This document shows, piece after piece, positions 49,137-61,750 of a DNA stretch of 64,000 bases. The notes under the pieces are model-generated. The model saw only the letters and a program-made list of their open reading frames with translations, was not told where the DNA came from and made no database searches. Source of the stretch: Vermamoeba vermiformis. Lineage: Eukaryota. The stretch lies in contig JBEWZL010000266.1 in the NCBI GenBank assembly GCA_045837725.1, positions 310,001-374,000 of the forward strand, in the 5' to 3' direction. A program made the position numbers and the translations under genes. Every line of letters begins with the position of its first letter. Within the stretch, counting starts at the first letter, position 1.

Positions 49137-52100
49137 TTAAACATTATCTACATTTTCTTCTTTCATGTCACTCTTCGACATTTCTTGCATTTCAATGTCT
49201 CGCAGCAAACTCCTCATTTCTTTCTTGGACATTAATTTTCTTCGAATGAGTTCCAATTGACGTCGTTTTCTGCGTGCTTGGAAGGCCAGTACGCAACACA
49301 CGAGGAAAGTCACAAACGAGATTAACGCCAAGAAATATCTGGTCGAAGATATTAGTTCAATAAATCACGTGATTTATCGTGTTGTACTTACGATCCACTC
49401 ATGCCTAACATTCTGAAATCATAGTTGCGTGATTTATCGAACATGGGCAACAGCATCATAATGGCCTGCACGCACGAGTAGAGGAAAAAGAACACAAAGT
49501 TCAAGCCACCAGCAATGCGCTTTGACCTGACATTAGAGCACATGTAAAACATGCCTAAGAACCATGGCACTAATGGCACCAACCAGCCCATCATGAACCT
49601 GTTCGAGCGAGTTAGTCAAGTCACGTGACTTTTCCTAATTTGGTAAGTGACACTTACAAGCTGTACGGTGTGTCTAAGCCAAAGATGGACAGGACCAAGC
49701 ATTCCTTGTTGCCCCTGTCGTCCTCTGAGACCGACAAATACTCGTGCAGGGCTGCCAAGTACGACTTGACCTGCGAGGTCTCAGCAATCAGGTCACGTTT
49801 CATTCCGTGCACGTTCGAATGGAGGTCCGTGACTGTGTAATCTAAAGCCTTAGTGGCACCTATAATACATTGTTAATAGCCAGTTCAATATGAAAGACTA
49901 AGGGACTCACCAATAGTCTCGACAAGTAGCGCGTGGTCATTGACGACTAACAAATTTTTCACTTGTTTTGTCTCGCCATTCGCCATTTTAATGCTGACAT
50001 CACCGAGCACTTCAACGGCAGAAGGAATGGCTCGTTGAACTTCTTGTGCGATAACTGTGAAAAATACCGGATCAGATACTGAGATCCAGATCTTGGTATA
50101 AAAGAGGACTTACCACCACGCTCAGCTTTAGTTTTGCCATCAGGATCATCGGGCGAAATCACATCGTAATCGTAAATCGATATCTTTTTCAGGTTCTCCA
50201 AGTTCTGTCTCGGATTAACGATTTCAATATTTTGCTTGATCCGCTCATCACTCGGCTTCAAAACAGTTCCTATTGTACGAATCAAAGATTAGATACGAAA
50301 ATGTCGTGAAGATAGGTTTTGAGATTTAATGAATTGGTTTGTAACGCCAAATTTCCAAAAAAGGTAAATTTTCGTATGACCATACGATGGCGTTACAAAA
50401 TAAATTTAAAATTTTCGTTTTAATAGCTTACCTGTTACTAGGACATTTCCGTTGACAGTTAATGCTTCGTGAGGGTTATCCGTATTAATTCCAACTCGGC
50501 CATTGAAAAACGCTACGGGATCTAGCGCGTGTTTTCGTTGCCATTGCGCAACGGCTACTTCCGGATCTGTTGCAGCCGCTGCAGGTGTAGCGCCACCAGC
50601 GGGTTGTTGTTGTCCAGCAGGTACTTGAGACTGTGAATATCGTCCTATGCGAGCGTTAGAATTGGTCTATTATTCATCTAGATTGACGGGTGACAAGTTC
50701 CCGATCCACAAATTGACATGACATTTGTATGCATAAATTAAATCAATCATGAGTATCAATTACATATGTAGAAATGAATTGAATATTATCATGAGTTTTC
50801 GATTCGTTATTGTACAAATTTGATTGATTTTGCAAGGCTTAGAATTCGCGTTCACATTCAATATTTGTATGAGCCTATAATGTGGATTTGAAATTCTTTC
50901 GAGAATCAATCGATTTTTTGAATAATAGGAGCTTAACTCTTACCTGGATTTTGACCTCGTACGATAATTGGTGGGGACATTTTAGACATCAAGTGATAAT
51001 GCTGCGGCTCTTTTTCTTGCGAGATTGCTACGAGACTAACAACGACGCGGAAATATTGTTGGACTTGAATTGATTCGTTCTATAAGCAAGCAAAAGTATC
51101 AATCAAAATGTCAATCGGACCGGATCCCGTTAATCGCATCAATGGAGGTATTCGTATCGAGAGGACCATCGATATGGTATATTATAAGAGAATGTATATG
51201 GGATTATAATTACCTTTTTAGCGTTCTGAGTGGAGTATTGGAACTGCAAATTTTTGAACCCGACAGCGCCTAAGTAGTCACATCCCGATTAGTATTTTAA
51301 AGCATCAATGAATTAAATTAATTAGTATTGTTATTATATATCATATAGCTCTCGGCTATTATTAAAAAATTAATTTGCGAGTGATTAGATTTGTCATCGG
51401 ACCTCGCGCCGATAGGTCAAATAGGCCTCCAAACAATTCTAGAAAACAAATTGGGAATAATGCCATTCAGTATTAAACAAATTAAACATGATATAATATG
51501 AATATATATAATATACATACCGTTTTCTAATAAAGTTGGCTGCACGCACTTCGCATCTCGTTTGGCACGAGTGGATGACATTACTAAAATTGGTACACGC
51601 TCTTCGACAGCGATTTGATTATACGATGAAATTACTTCTTTGTGAGATTGTTTGACGGCATAGACAATTATATACATATTAGCCACCTAGATGAGAAGAT
51701 GATTAGATGGATGCGCTTTCGATCGAAAAAAATCGAGCAATCGGAAAATAAAATATCCTGAACGACAGCAATGTGTAAATCTTATCGTATTAATGGTAGT
51801 AAAATCGATGTTAAAATGCAAGGCGATAATAACGTTTCTTATCGTTACTGCAATAAACGACGATTTGACATCCAATCAGAAAGTAGCCCGAATATGAAAC
51901 GATCGATAAGCTTAATCGATAAGTATAGAAGAAATATGTAATATATAATATAGAGCAAAGAATGACACAATTTCGAGGCTTACCGGGACCAATCCAAGGC
52001 CATTATACAAAAAAGCGGATCCAACAACTTTTGAAATTGCAGCAGCATGAGAACCAGCGAGCATACATTCTATATTGATACTATTTTGTCTGAATACTGC

Positions 52101-52682
52101 CCACCCGGGTTTTGATTCGATATCTAAAGTCTCCATTTTTTGTGAGTTGAAGTGAATCCTCAGATCATACCCGCCGATTCTGATATAAAGAAAAGTTATT
52201 TAATGTTTCGTGATTAAGAGAGTCAATCGAATGGAAAGGTTATTTCATTAATAACATGCATTAGAGGTCCGGATTCCGTTCGAAATTTAATTTCAATAAT
52301 TTAAATTATCCGGTCAAATTATTATTCTAAAATAGTCCAATACTTACAAAGAATTTCCATTAATATCGTATATTTCGCACGAGACTACATTTGGCGGCAG
52401 ATAATCTGTCCAATAACTTAATCCAGTTTCACCGATTTTTCTTTTCTTTCTGGGCTGGTCACTCGCATCTGATTCACTATATTTGCCTGCATCGATGTAT
52501 GGAGCAGGATTATGAATTGAAGACGCGCTGCTGGAGTCGTGGGCAGGGTAGTATAATTGATCTGATCCTTCCGAGCTGTTAATATCTCCGCTTGAACCAG
52601 ACCAATCTGCATCCGATGAAAAATCGATCCTATTGTCCATATCTATTTCGTCAGACCAAGATCTATCGGGGGAGGTATCCAT
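49137..52682 (-). CDS. MYRF/MrfA-like membrane-tethered transcription factor (NDT80 DBD + ICA/peptidase S74 autoprocessing domain + TMs); multi-exon
   Basis: [70 protein letters not shown]; hydrophobic C-terminal segments. Confidence 0.9.
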
Positions 52683-53366
52683 CGTTAATTAAAGCAATTT
52701 GAATTGTTACCACAGCTTTAAGCGGAACAAAATAATGGGTCTGTGGTATTGAAATTGATAAGACTTGTTAATTTTCTTTGAGTAATGCCTTGAAAACCGA
52801 AAAATCACAACATTTCTGTATTTGTATGTGGTTAGATCCCAAACATACTTGGCGACATACCTACTATTTAAGGGAAATTGAGAAGTGTGAAACACTGTAC
52901 AGGCGAGATATGGTCTAGAGTGGCAATCGCGGTTTGTCAACGACGAGAAAGAAAATTTTTGGTAAGCAAATCCGTATTTACGGTTATCCTCGGAGCGTGT
53001 AATTCGCCGAAGAAAGTACGAGTGAAATTAGATAATATTTCGTGCATTATATAGCTGATTTTCAGATTATTGTGCGGCCCGGAGATGGCTATTCAATATA
53101 TTTTGTTAATTAATAGTATTTCGAAAGGCCCTAAACGAACAATTCTTGTTAAGGTAATAATAAAATTACCGCATTTGGACTGCAGATCGGTGCAGGCCCT
53201 TTTCTGTAGTATCAAGTTGCAGCATAAACTTCATGTCCGTTCAAACTGAGCTATTAGGTTACAGGCCATGAAATGGTGCTTATTCTTTTGATTGTAAGAC
53301 CTTTTTTAGGACACAATTATTAAATAGCGCTGTAATGTATTTAGTCTGACGAAGAGATCGAACACA

Positions 53367-54141
53367 ATGGAAAGGGAAACACGAACACCTTTTACTTTGC
53401 CCTTCGACATACGTTTAATAGTACGAGCCTTATCGCTTAATCTTCGAGATATTAGTCGTTTAAGACAATGCTGTTCAGCGTGGAAGAATAAATTGCAAGA
53501 TCTGTCGTTTCTGAAGGTCCTTGATTTTTCTCGTTCTCGTGTAAGTACGGACAATATTTATCTTTCAAGGAAAACGCTTATTTTAAGTAATAAATCATTT
53601 AATGAATTTTTTCAAGTCAATTTCATAAATTCTGATCCATTATCAGTATATTACGGAGGAGGCTTTCAATGACTTGCTACGTAATCGAATTAATGCGAGG
53701 AATAATAATATAACCACGGTTTTATTCTACCGACCAAAAAAGCTTCAAAAGAACTCATTGGACGAATTATTTCGCGTTCTACCAAGGTACTACTCGTTCG
53801 TATCATTTAGTTAATAACACTAATGTAGTTTATAATCAAATAATAATATTTTTTTGGCATGATTTTGTTAACCAACGATTGTCCAATCAGACTCAGACGT
53901 ATTCGGGTCAGACGCGTTCCCAAGGACTGGCTCGTTCGAATCTCAGAGCAAAAAATCAAAATAGTAGAATATACAAGCTTGGATGGAGCAATGACTGTAA
54001 GGAGGATGCATTTTATTCATGTTTTCCATATTCGGCTGCTTCTCGTTACTTTTATTGACCCTTTTTTCGGCAGGTAATCGCACACATGAGAGCTTCTAAT
54101 GTCCGTCCATATACACCTACAATTGCATGCTGTGTCAGCTA
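53367..54141 (+). pseudogene. truncated paralog of the 56012 F-box gene (copy B)
   Basis: F-box exon almost identical in DNA to 56074-56163. Following exons (NSLDELFRVLPR) parallel that gene, but no later exons or UBR box were found. Confidence 0.55.
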
Positions 54142-54545
54142 GAAAAGGGCTTGTCGAGCTCGTGTTGTTACTCGTGCACTGATGTCCCACAACCTCAATA
54201 GATGAGTTTATCCGGACCATGCGAATAAGCTGTATACAGCTGCTACATTGTATTTGTAAGCGGTACTGTAATAATTTTTCAGCCAACTTAATTAAACTGA
54301 TACCTTGAAAAGGCAAATTTATTTAGTAGCAGCTTTGCCCTTAATAATATGCGTCATGATAGCCGGCTTGGCGATGCAACCCGCGTTGTCATTTGAAAGC
54401 AAGGTAAGGTCGGGAAATTTTCCTGACTTAACGCTGCGAGTTAAGTCACGATTTAACGTCCAGACGTTTTTTTTCTGTTGTTGCGGCTCACACACTGCTA
54501 ATACTAGAAGAAGCTAGCACTACTTGCCTACACGACTCAGTGAGA

Positions 54546-55934
54546 ATGAATAGCTTCCTATTAGTTTTTTGTGCAGGTATGGGCGTTAAGCCAGGATCGA
54601 ATAGAAATAAACGGCGCAAAATCTACTCGATATTATAAAAAAGCTATTATAGTTAATGTCGCCGGTGTTATCAAATTATTTTTGGTTGAAACGCGCAATT
54701 TTAAAATATTCTGGAATGCAGGTCTTAAAATTTAAATTTCTAACCGATTTATTAGTTTTTGCAGTTTCTCACGCTCTATCGTTATCCTTCGTTGAGAAGG
54801 GGCCAATGCCTTTTGGAGGATTGGCTCATATGTCTACAACGGTCGTTGGATCGAAGATCTACTTCTTCGGTGGTATGAATACCACAGACTATTATAGTCG
54901 TAATATCTCCTATTCCTACGACACGGTTGCTGATGAGTGGAATGCTCTGGCTGATTACCCCTACAAAAGATATGGAATGTGCAGCGCCACTGACGGAGAG
55001 CAGATTTGGGTCTTTGGTAAGTTATTTGTTAAAGGAAATTCATTCTGCCAATACAAATCTGACAATTCGTTCAATCAAAGGAGGATACGATGCGGAGAAA
55101 GCTAAAGGCGAGGAATACCATGGCACATACTTCATTGCTAACAATACGTGGGCCATTGGTCAGCTTCCAGATTACATCTGGGAATGCTCTTCCGTTTACG
55201 TGCCCGAGACTAAAAAGGTTTTGATTGTTTACGGCTTTGCTCCTGAATGGATGTACGATCCAGCCACAAACTCCTTCAACACAAGTTTTAGCGACATTTT
55301 TATCGGCAATACACGGGACATGGCGGCTGGCTCTGCATTGTATGACGGCAAACTATGGCTTGCTGGTAGTGGTCAAGACAACACGGTCTTTAGAACTGTA
55401 ACCACGGATGGACTGACCTGGGACGTCAAAACTTCGAACCCTAATGGTTTCGTATTTATGGACATGGTCAAGCTCGGCGATGCGATGCTAACTTTTGGTG
55501 GTACCAACATGAGCGATGAGTCTGCAGCTGGCTACGATCTCATCAACATGTACAATCTCACGAGTGATAAGTGGACCACTCTTGCCGTTGGCTTGCCCCT
55601 GCCGCTGAACGGAGTGTCAACTAAGCTTGTTGGACCGAGCCTTTATCTGTTTGGTGGCTTGTACTACAATGGTGATACTGCAGTGTTTAATGACAAGTAT
55701 TGGATCGTACCTTGCGTGGACCCTACTGTGTGCGAAAACGGATGCAACGCAACTACGGGTGCGTGCAACCCAGTTTTGCCGCCTAGTAGTACCCCGAGCG
55801 CACCAAGTGGATCCGCTGCTCCATCCAGCACCTCACCCGCCGCAACTCCAAAATCGAAGACTTCCAGTGCTTCTTTCTACAATACTATTACCATTGGAGG
55901 CTTGCTATTTGCCATCCTTGTATTGTTGATCTAA
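54546..55934 (+). CDS. secreted Kelch-repeat beta-propeller with a Cys-rich module, Ser/Pro stalk and probable GPI signal
   Basis: Signal MNSFLLVFCA|VSHALS; Kelch motifs KIYFFGG, QIWVFGG, MLTFGG, LYLFGG; CVDPTVCENGCNATTGAC; tail ITIGGLLFAILVLLI. Confidence 0.85.
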
Positions 55935-56011
55935 CGTTCCCGTCAAATAAATGGATTGAATCCGGTAGAGAGGTTCTGTCACGAGTCTATTTTTCAAGAT
56001 CGAGCCGAAAC

Positions 56012-59000
56012 ATGACCACATTTCTTTTTGATTTGCCTGTTGAATTACGATCAACAATATTCGAGACACTTAGTCTTCGAGACATTAGTCGTTTAAGACA
56101 ATGCTGTTCAGCGTGGAAGAACAATTTGCAAGATCTGTCGTTTCTGAAGGTCCTTGATTTTTCTTATTCACCTGTAAGTCATGATACTGATATAGTTGAT
56201 GGATCAATAATAATTTCTTATCTAATATATTAGTTAAAAACCTCAAGTATTTCTATTAATTTTCCTGTCCCGTGTCTCATCCAGGATATCGCAGTGGGCT
56301 CTTTCAATTATTTGTTGAATAATCGCATCAATAGCGCGCAAAATAGCGTTACAAAAGTTATATTAGCCCATACGAGATACCTGAATAAGAGCTCGTTGGA
56401 AGAATTATTTCGAGTCCTTCCAAGGTGAGTAAATGAAGCGTATTCCGTTTAAAATAGAATGCTATAATATTTCTATTAAATTTCAACACTAACGATACAT
56501 TTTGCGCGCAGAATAAAAGACATCCGCATCCGTTATTCCCTTACTTCGGAATGCATTCCTGTTCTATTAAAGCAAGAAAATCTCGAATGTATATCTTATC
56601 GAAATGATGCCAAGTCGCTAAGCAAGGTAAGTCTTTAAAGTTAAACCAAAGGCACATCCAACTAAAATTGCTACAGGCAGATGCGATCGAGTTGAAATGC
56701 ACGAAGTTGACTCGTAAGATGAATTTAACAAATATATAGTATAAATCGTATACTAATGATAATAAGGCTTCAAAATGGATGAAACGATGGGTGAAATTCA
56801 ATGGGATCCGGAACTCAAGTTGAAATTGCTCAAAACGAATCCCGCGCTTAGAAACGACTTTGATTTCTTAAAATTTTTGGCAGGAGGACTTGTCGAATAT
56901 ATTAATGGCTGTAAGCACAAAAACATTTGAAAAAATGTTCATAATTAGCAATTGTTTATTATTAATCATTAATATATTTACAGATCCAGAACTTTGGGAT
57001 TTAATTTTTTCCTCGAATGATTTACGCATTCACAAACGATTTTGGAGGTCGGTCGCTAATTTTCGCCTCTTCGAATTCATGGTACAGTACTACGACATTT
57101 ATCAATTAATTTTTACTTGTTAGTTGCCTATAATTATATTATTGTATTTATAGGCCAGAGAACCGATTTCTATGGGGCAGATCTTCGATAGAACAACGAA
57201 ATTGTTGTTTGATTTGTCCGACGAGCAACGAAAGGAGAATAATACAGCACTGGCAGGTAAGCAATTCAAATATTATATGGAACCATCGATACTATTGTCA
57301 AAATCGTAATGTATTGTTGGGGCATTCAAATTCCGACGGATCCATTTTTTTTGCACGCAACTTTGACACTTTGCCGCTCAGCACAAAAGTTACGTGGACC
57401 TTCCATATTTGGAATAATAACTTGCTAACCCGAGACTAGTTGTCCCGGGGTACATATAGTCCATAGTTTTAGATAGAGTGGGACCATCCTGGTCAGATCT
57501 TAGTCGTGCAAACAATTTCCGATCCAGGGAATTTTTATACCCTTAGTAGTATTATAGTTATTATTATACTAATGGATTCGTATTTTTTTAGTGGGCGACA
57601 TGCTATTTGAAGCGATAGAAAGTTTTACAGATCTGGGAGCCAAATTAAATGACCAACAAATTGACTTACTACGGGAGCTGTCGGAACTATTTAATAATTC
57701 CGCAAATGATCCAAATTTATTAGAAAAAGATTTGAACAAGTAAGCAACCGGTTAAACCGTCAAATATATTGATCTACTTTTTATTATTTAGGTTTAAGAA
57801 GCGGCCTTTTCATCGACAAGCACGAGAGTACTTTTTGCAAACTAAAATTGGTGAAATTAACAGGCTAGGTACAATTTTTATTGCGACTTTTTCGAAAAAT
57901 TAACAATTTTCGTAAGTAAGGAGAGGTGACACAAGAAGTCAATATGAAGAAGAATTGAACAAATTAGTTGAAGTTGTTGGTTCGATCATGAAAAGAATGC
58001 CGAGAAGAATCAGATTGATGCGAGGTAATAAAAAATTATTAAATTAATAATAATAAAAAATACTCAGCCACATTTTTTTTAGCACCGCTGTACTTGCACA
58101 AGGGCAAAATACAAGAAGGTTCGTTAAATAAGATTATACTAATATGACTATAATATAATAATCTTTTTTGTAGCGTTCGAAGAGTACTTTGGGATCATAG
58201 ATCCGCGATATCGTTTGAAGATGCAAGCGGAATTATATGACGATAAGAATGCCCAAGGTAAGTTCTCATCACTCATATTTAATACTCTCCATAACATTGG
58301 TTAATTTTTGTCTTTTTTTCGCCAGCAATATTCGGAGCGTATCACGTGGCCAAAGATTACCTCAAAAACCCAGAATTATTGCAACGACTTGAAGCACTGA
58401 ATCGAGATAACTACAAGATTATAGGCAATCATTTTGCAACGATACAAGAGACTTTTGATGAGGGTACGTTGGAAGCGGATGCAGATCCGTATTTTTAACT
58501 TTACTTTTTATCGCATTTAGTAGCATTAATAATAACAATACTAATCTTATGTTATGTAATTTCATCGGAATACAAATTATAGGCCACTTATAGATCCGCG
58601 GTACTTCTGATCAGGAGTTTTCCAAGTCTTAATTATTGTTTCCTGTTTTAGGCACGTGCACAAGAAAAGTTACCGGCAACAATTTCATGAAGCAGTATTG
58701 GTACGCGTGTTACACCTGCAACTTGACGGGAGCTTTCAATGGCCTGTGCTACGCCTGCACTAAGAGCTGTACGTAATTACAGTGAAATTTCCGTTCTACA
58801 GTGATATTACAGATCGATAATTATACTAATACCACGCTTTATGGATAATTTGTGTATTAACAATAAGTGATTTGTTAGGCCATGCTAATCATGAAATTGC
58901 GTATTTGCGATTGGGCGAATGTTACTGTGATTGTACCAAGTGCCCATATGGAAGTACAGCAGAAGGATCCTCCCCGACACTAGTTTCTTCATTTCCAACA

Positions 59001-59027
59001 TATGCCCAGCCCCACCCTAACTTCTAA
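56012..59027 (+). CDS. F-box protein with a C-terminal UBR-box zinc finger (family copy C, apparently complete); many exons
   Basis: MTTFLFDLPVELRSTIFETLSLRDISRLRQCCSAW; last exons CTRKVTGNNFMKQYWYACYTCNLT...LCYACTKSCHANHEI...CYCDC (zf-UBR). Confidence 0.8.
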
Positions 59028-59618
59028 CCCAGGTTAAGGTACCCTAATCCACGAGTTGCGCACGGATCGAAGTCAAAATTGGCCGTCACATCATATGACA
59101 TTAAAATATATACAAATTTTATTTACATCACGTAGCATATTATTTAATATTCCGAAAGGACTTGCTGCACTAGCGCGAGTAGCATCAATCGACCTTGGAT
59201 CTCAAGTGATTCGGTGGTATTGCTTGAAGAGGATTCTAAAGTATATGACGGCAGTAGTTTGCCACTGTTTGTCCTGGAAGGTGAATCTCTGGTAAAAGAG
59301 TCTTGTCTGGCGAGATGTGACGTCGGCTCGATCTGTTGTTGCATGTTGATGTTTTGAATTAGATTTTGATAATAAATGAAATTGAACCAAGTCAATTTAT
59401 AGTTGTCAAAAAACGGGTGTTACGGTATGAGGGTGCGAGTATAATTTAATTTCTAAATTTGGATCTTAAAGTTTAAACAGTTTATAAATCTATATTACAC
59501 GGAGAACTGCTCCGCGGTTCATGAAATTCTGCGACTTTATTTGTGTTGTTATTGCATTAGAGTGGTTGTATTCCTGACTGTTTGTGGGCCAAGCTCAGAT
59601 ACGCAAGATAAGATTCTG

Positions 59619-60950
59619 TCAAAAATCTCTCGTCGAGATACAATCTCCGGAAAAGGTATAAGTGTTGCATACTGAAGCTACAAGTCCAACGCCATAGACC
59701 ATAGAAGCAGCATTAGACGTTTTCGATTGCGGAACTTTGATTGGAGGATTTTGTGCTTCGGGAGTTGATGCTTGCGGAGTTGGACTAATCGGAGCAGTTA
59801 TCTCCGTACAACCAGTGTATCCAGCGTTGCAAGTACAATTGGCGCTGCTCCACATATCACTCGACACGCACACAGCATTCGCATCGCAAATGACACAAGG
59901 GTCTAGCGGGATATTTCCGGGATTGTAGTCATCTGATACGACAGCACCTTTAGCCAAAAACGAATTAGAGCTGCCCCATTCGACACGCCACTCAAGCGTG
60001 TTAGTATCAAATGACCACAAGTCGCCCCATTCTCCGGAACTTGGCGTGGATCCCACTCCACCAAAGATCCAAATCCGGTCTTCGGCGTCAATAAAACCAC
60101 CGGCACCCCAACGACCACCAAAATACCCAGATCGAACTTAACGAAGTGCTGCTAAAACCCAAGCCTCCCACGAGCCACAAATTGTTCTTAGAATCCAGGG
60201 CAAGGACGCCCCTTCGACGTAGCCAGGGTAATTCGTAGGATCGGGCACGCCCTTAGCAGAATTAACTATCGGAATGCTCCGATCTGAAGCACTGCCGTTG
60301 TACTTGCCAAAAAAAGTAAATTGAAAAGACTTTGTGTTGAAGCGCCAGAAGTCGTTGGACGGCGCGTAACCACTTCCGTAGAACCAACGTTCTTATCAAT
60401 AGTAGAAGCAGATTGGCACAGAGAACCTCCAGGGAACGCATCGGCGGATGGAATTCCGAAATCGCCATAAATAAGAAGATCATTGTACGAATCATCGGCC
60501 CTACCTGCCACCCATCGATAAAGATCATTTTTAGGATCATAATTCCAAACAGCGTGCATGTAATAAATGTCGTTGTAGCCACTAATTACCCGGATGAGCC
60601 TTTGGAGTCGATTTCCACGAGTGGCTCGTTAAGTCTACTACTAATGCCGGTAGAGATGGAAGTCCATTCTCCTTTGGCTGCGCCAGTGTAGTCGGGCAAA
60701 TAAACGGAACCAGCGTCTAATTAATAACCGTTAGATGTAGTTACGTTTTGAAATTTTAAATAGGCATTAATATCAGTAAAAAATCTAATTAATTTGACGC
60801 AATTGGTCGTAGTAATTACATAAATTATTTTAATTACTGACCATCAAAGCAGTAAAGTTCGTAGGAGACAACCAGATCTATCGCAGCATTGACGCCGACA
60901 ACCGCCGAAGCTACAAATATCACAACGCTTAGCAATATTATGTTCTTCAT
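59619..60950 (-). pseudogene. degenerate secreted Kelch/galactose-oxidase-like + EGF-like surface protein
   Basis: Signal MKNIILLSVVIFVASAVVG; VWNYDPKNDLYRWVAG...YGDFGIPS..FPG; RIWIFGG; CDANAVC...CTCNAGY. The pieces lie in different frames with stops and no introns to reconcile them. Confidence 0.65.
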
Positions 60951-61039
60951 CACGGTGAAATAAAAATTAGAAGTTGGGCAAAAGTTCATTTTTTGAGCCA
61001 CAGAAAAAGACCTGCAACTAGTGATTGTAATTCGAGAGA

Positions 61040-61366
61040 GCATGGAAAAAAGGGTGGTCACTATTCGCGACATTCGAGATATGTCGTCTGAGACAATGCT
61101 GTTCAGTGGCAGGTTAATTTGCAAGATCTGTGTTTTCTGAAGATTCTTAATTTTTCTTATTCTCTTGTAAGTCATGACATTGCTTATATATTACCGTCAA
61201 TTATTTCGCAATATTGTAAAATTATTGAATTATTTTTAAATTTACGTTGAATTAATTCAGTTCAAATAACAGGTCATTATCCCATCTCAAAACAATACGA
61301 ATGTCATTATCGCTCATATGACGAATTTAATTTAAGCTCGTTGGAAAAGGCACTTCTTCCAAGGTA
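61040..61366 (+). pseudogene. frameshifted F-box relic (copy D)
   Basis: ttcgagatatgtcgtctgagacaatgctgttcagtgg...ttgcaagatctgtgttttctgaag...gtaagtcatga aligns to 56075-56185 with small deletions; exon-2 remnant aagctcgttggaa...cttccaaggt. Confidence 0.7.
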
Positions 61367-61750
61367 CATTTTTATCATTATATCTATAAAAAGAAGCTTC
61401 TGTACGTTATGGCAACATTACGCAATGTCAGTTGTACGTACATGCTATCGTAGTTTACCTTTTGTTCTGAGGGACCTATAAATCTCTTGCCCGTGCAGAT
61501 CTGGGAGATCCACCAAATTTGAAATTATTTCCAAAATTGACGTAATTCATCGCGGTTACTGCACTGTGGCTTAACAACAAGAAATATAGAATACAATTCC
61601 ATCATTTAATTAAACATTAATCAAAATGTTCGTGTAAATATTCCGCTGTGAATCAGAGGACTTTTGATCCACTGACTTTTTTAGGCCTTGTTTTTGTTAA
61701 ATTTTTATTATGAACACACCACCCGGAATCAAATAGAGTGTTTGAAGACA

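Noticed and set aside
51687..51875. Apparent stop interrupting the NDT80 domain
   Set aside because: It lies within an intron (gtaagc...ctcatctag); the spliced frame is open.
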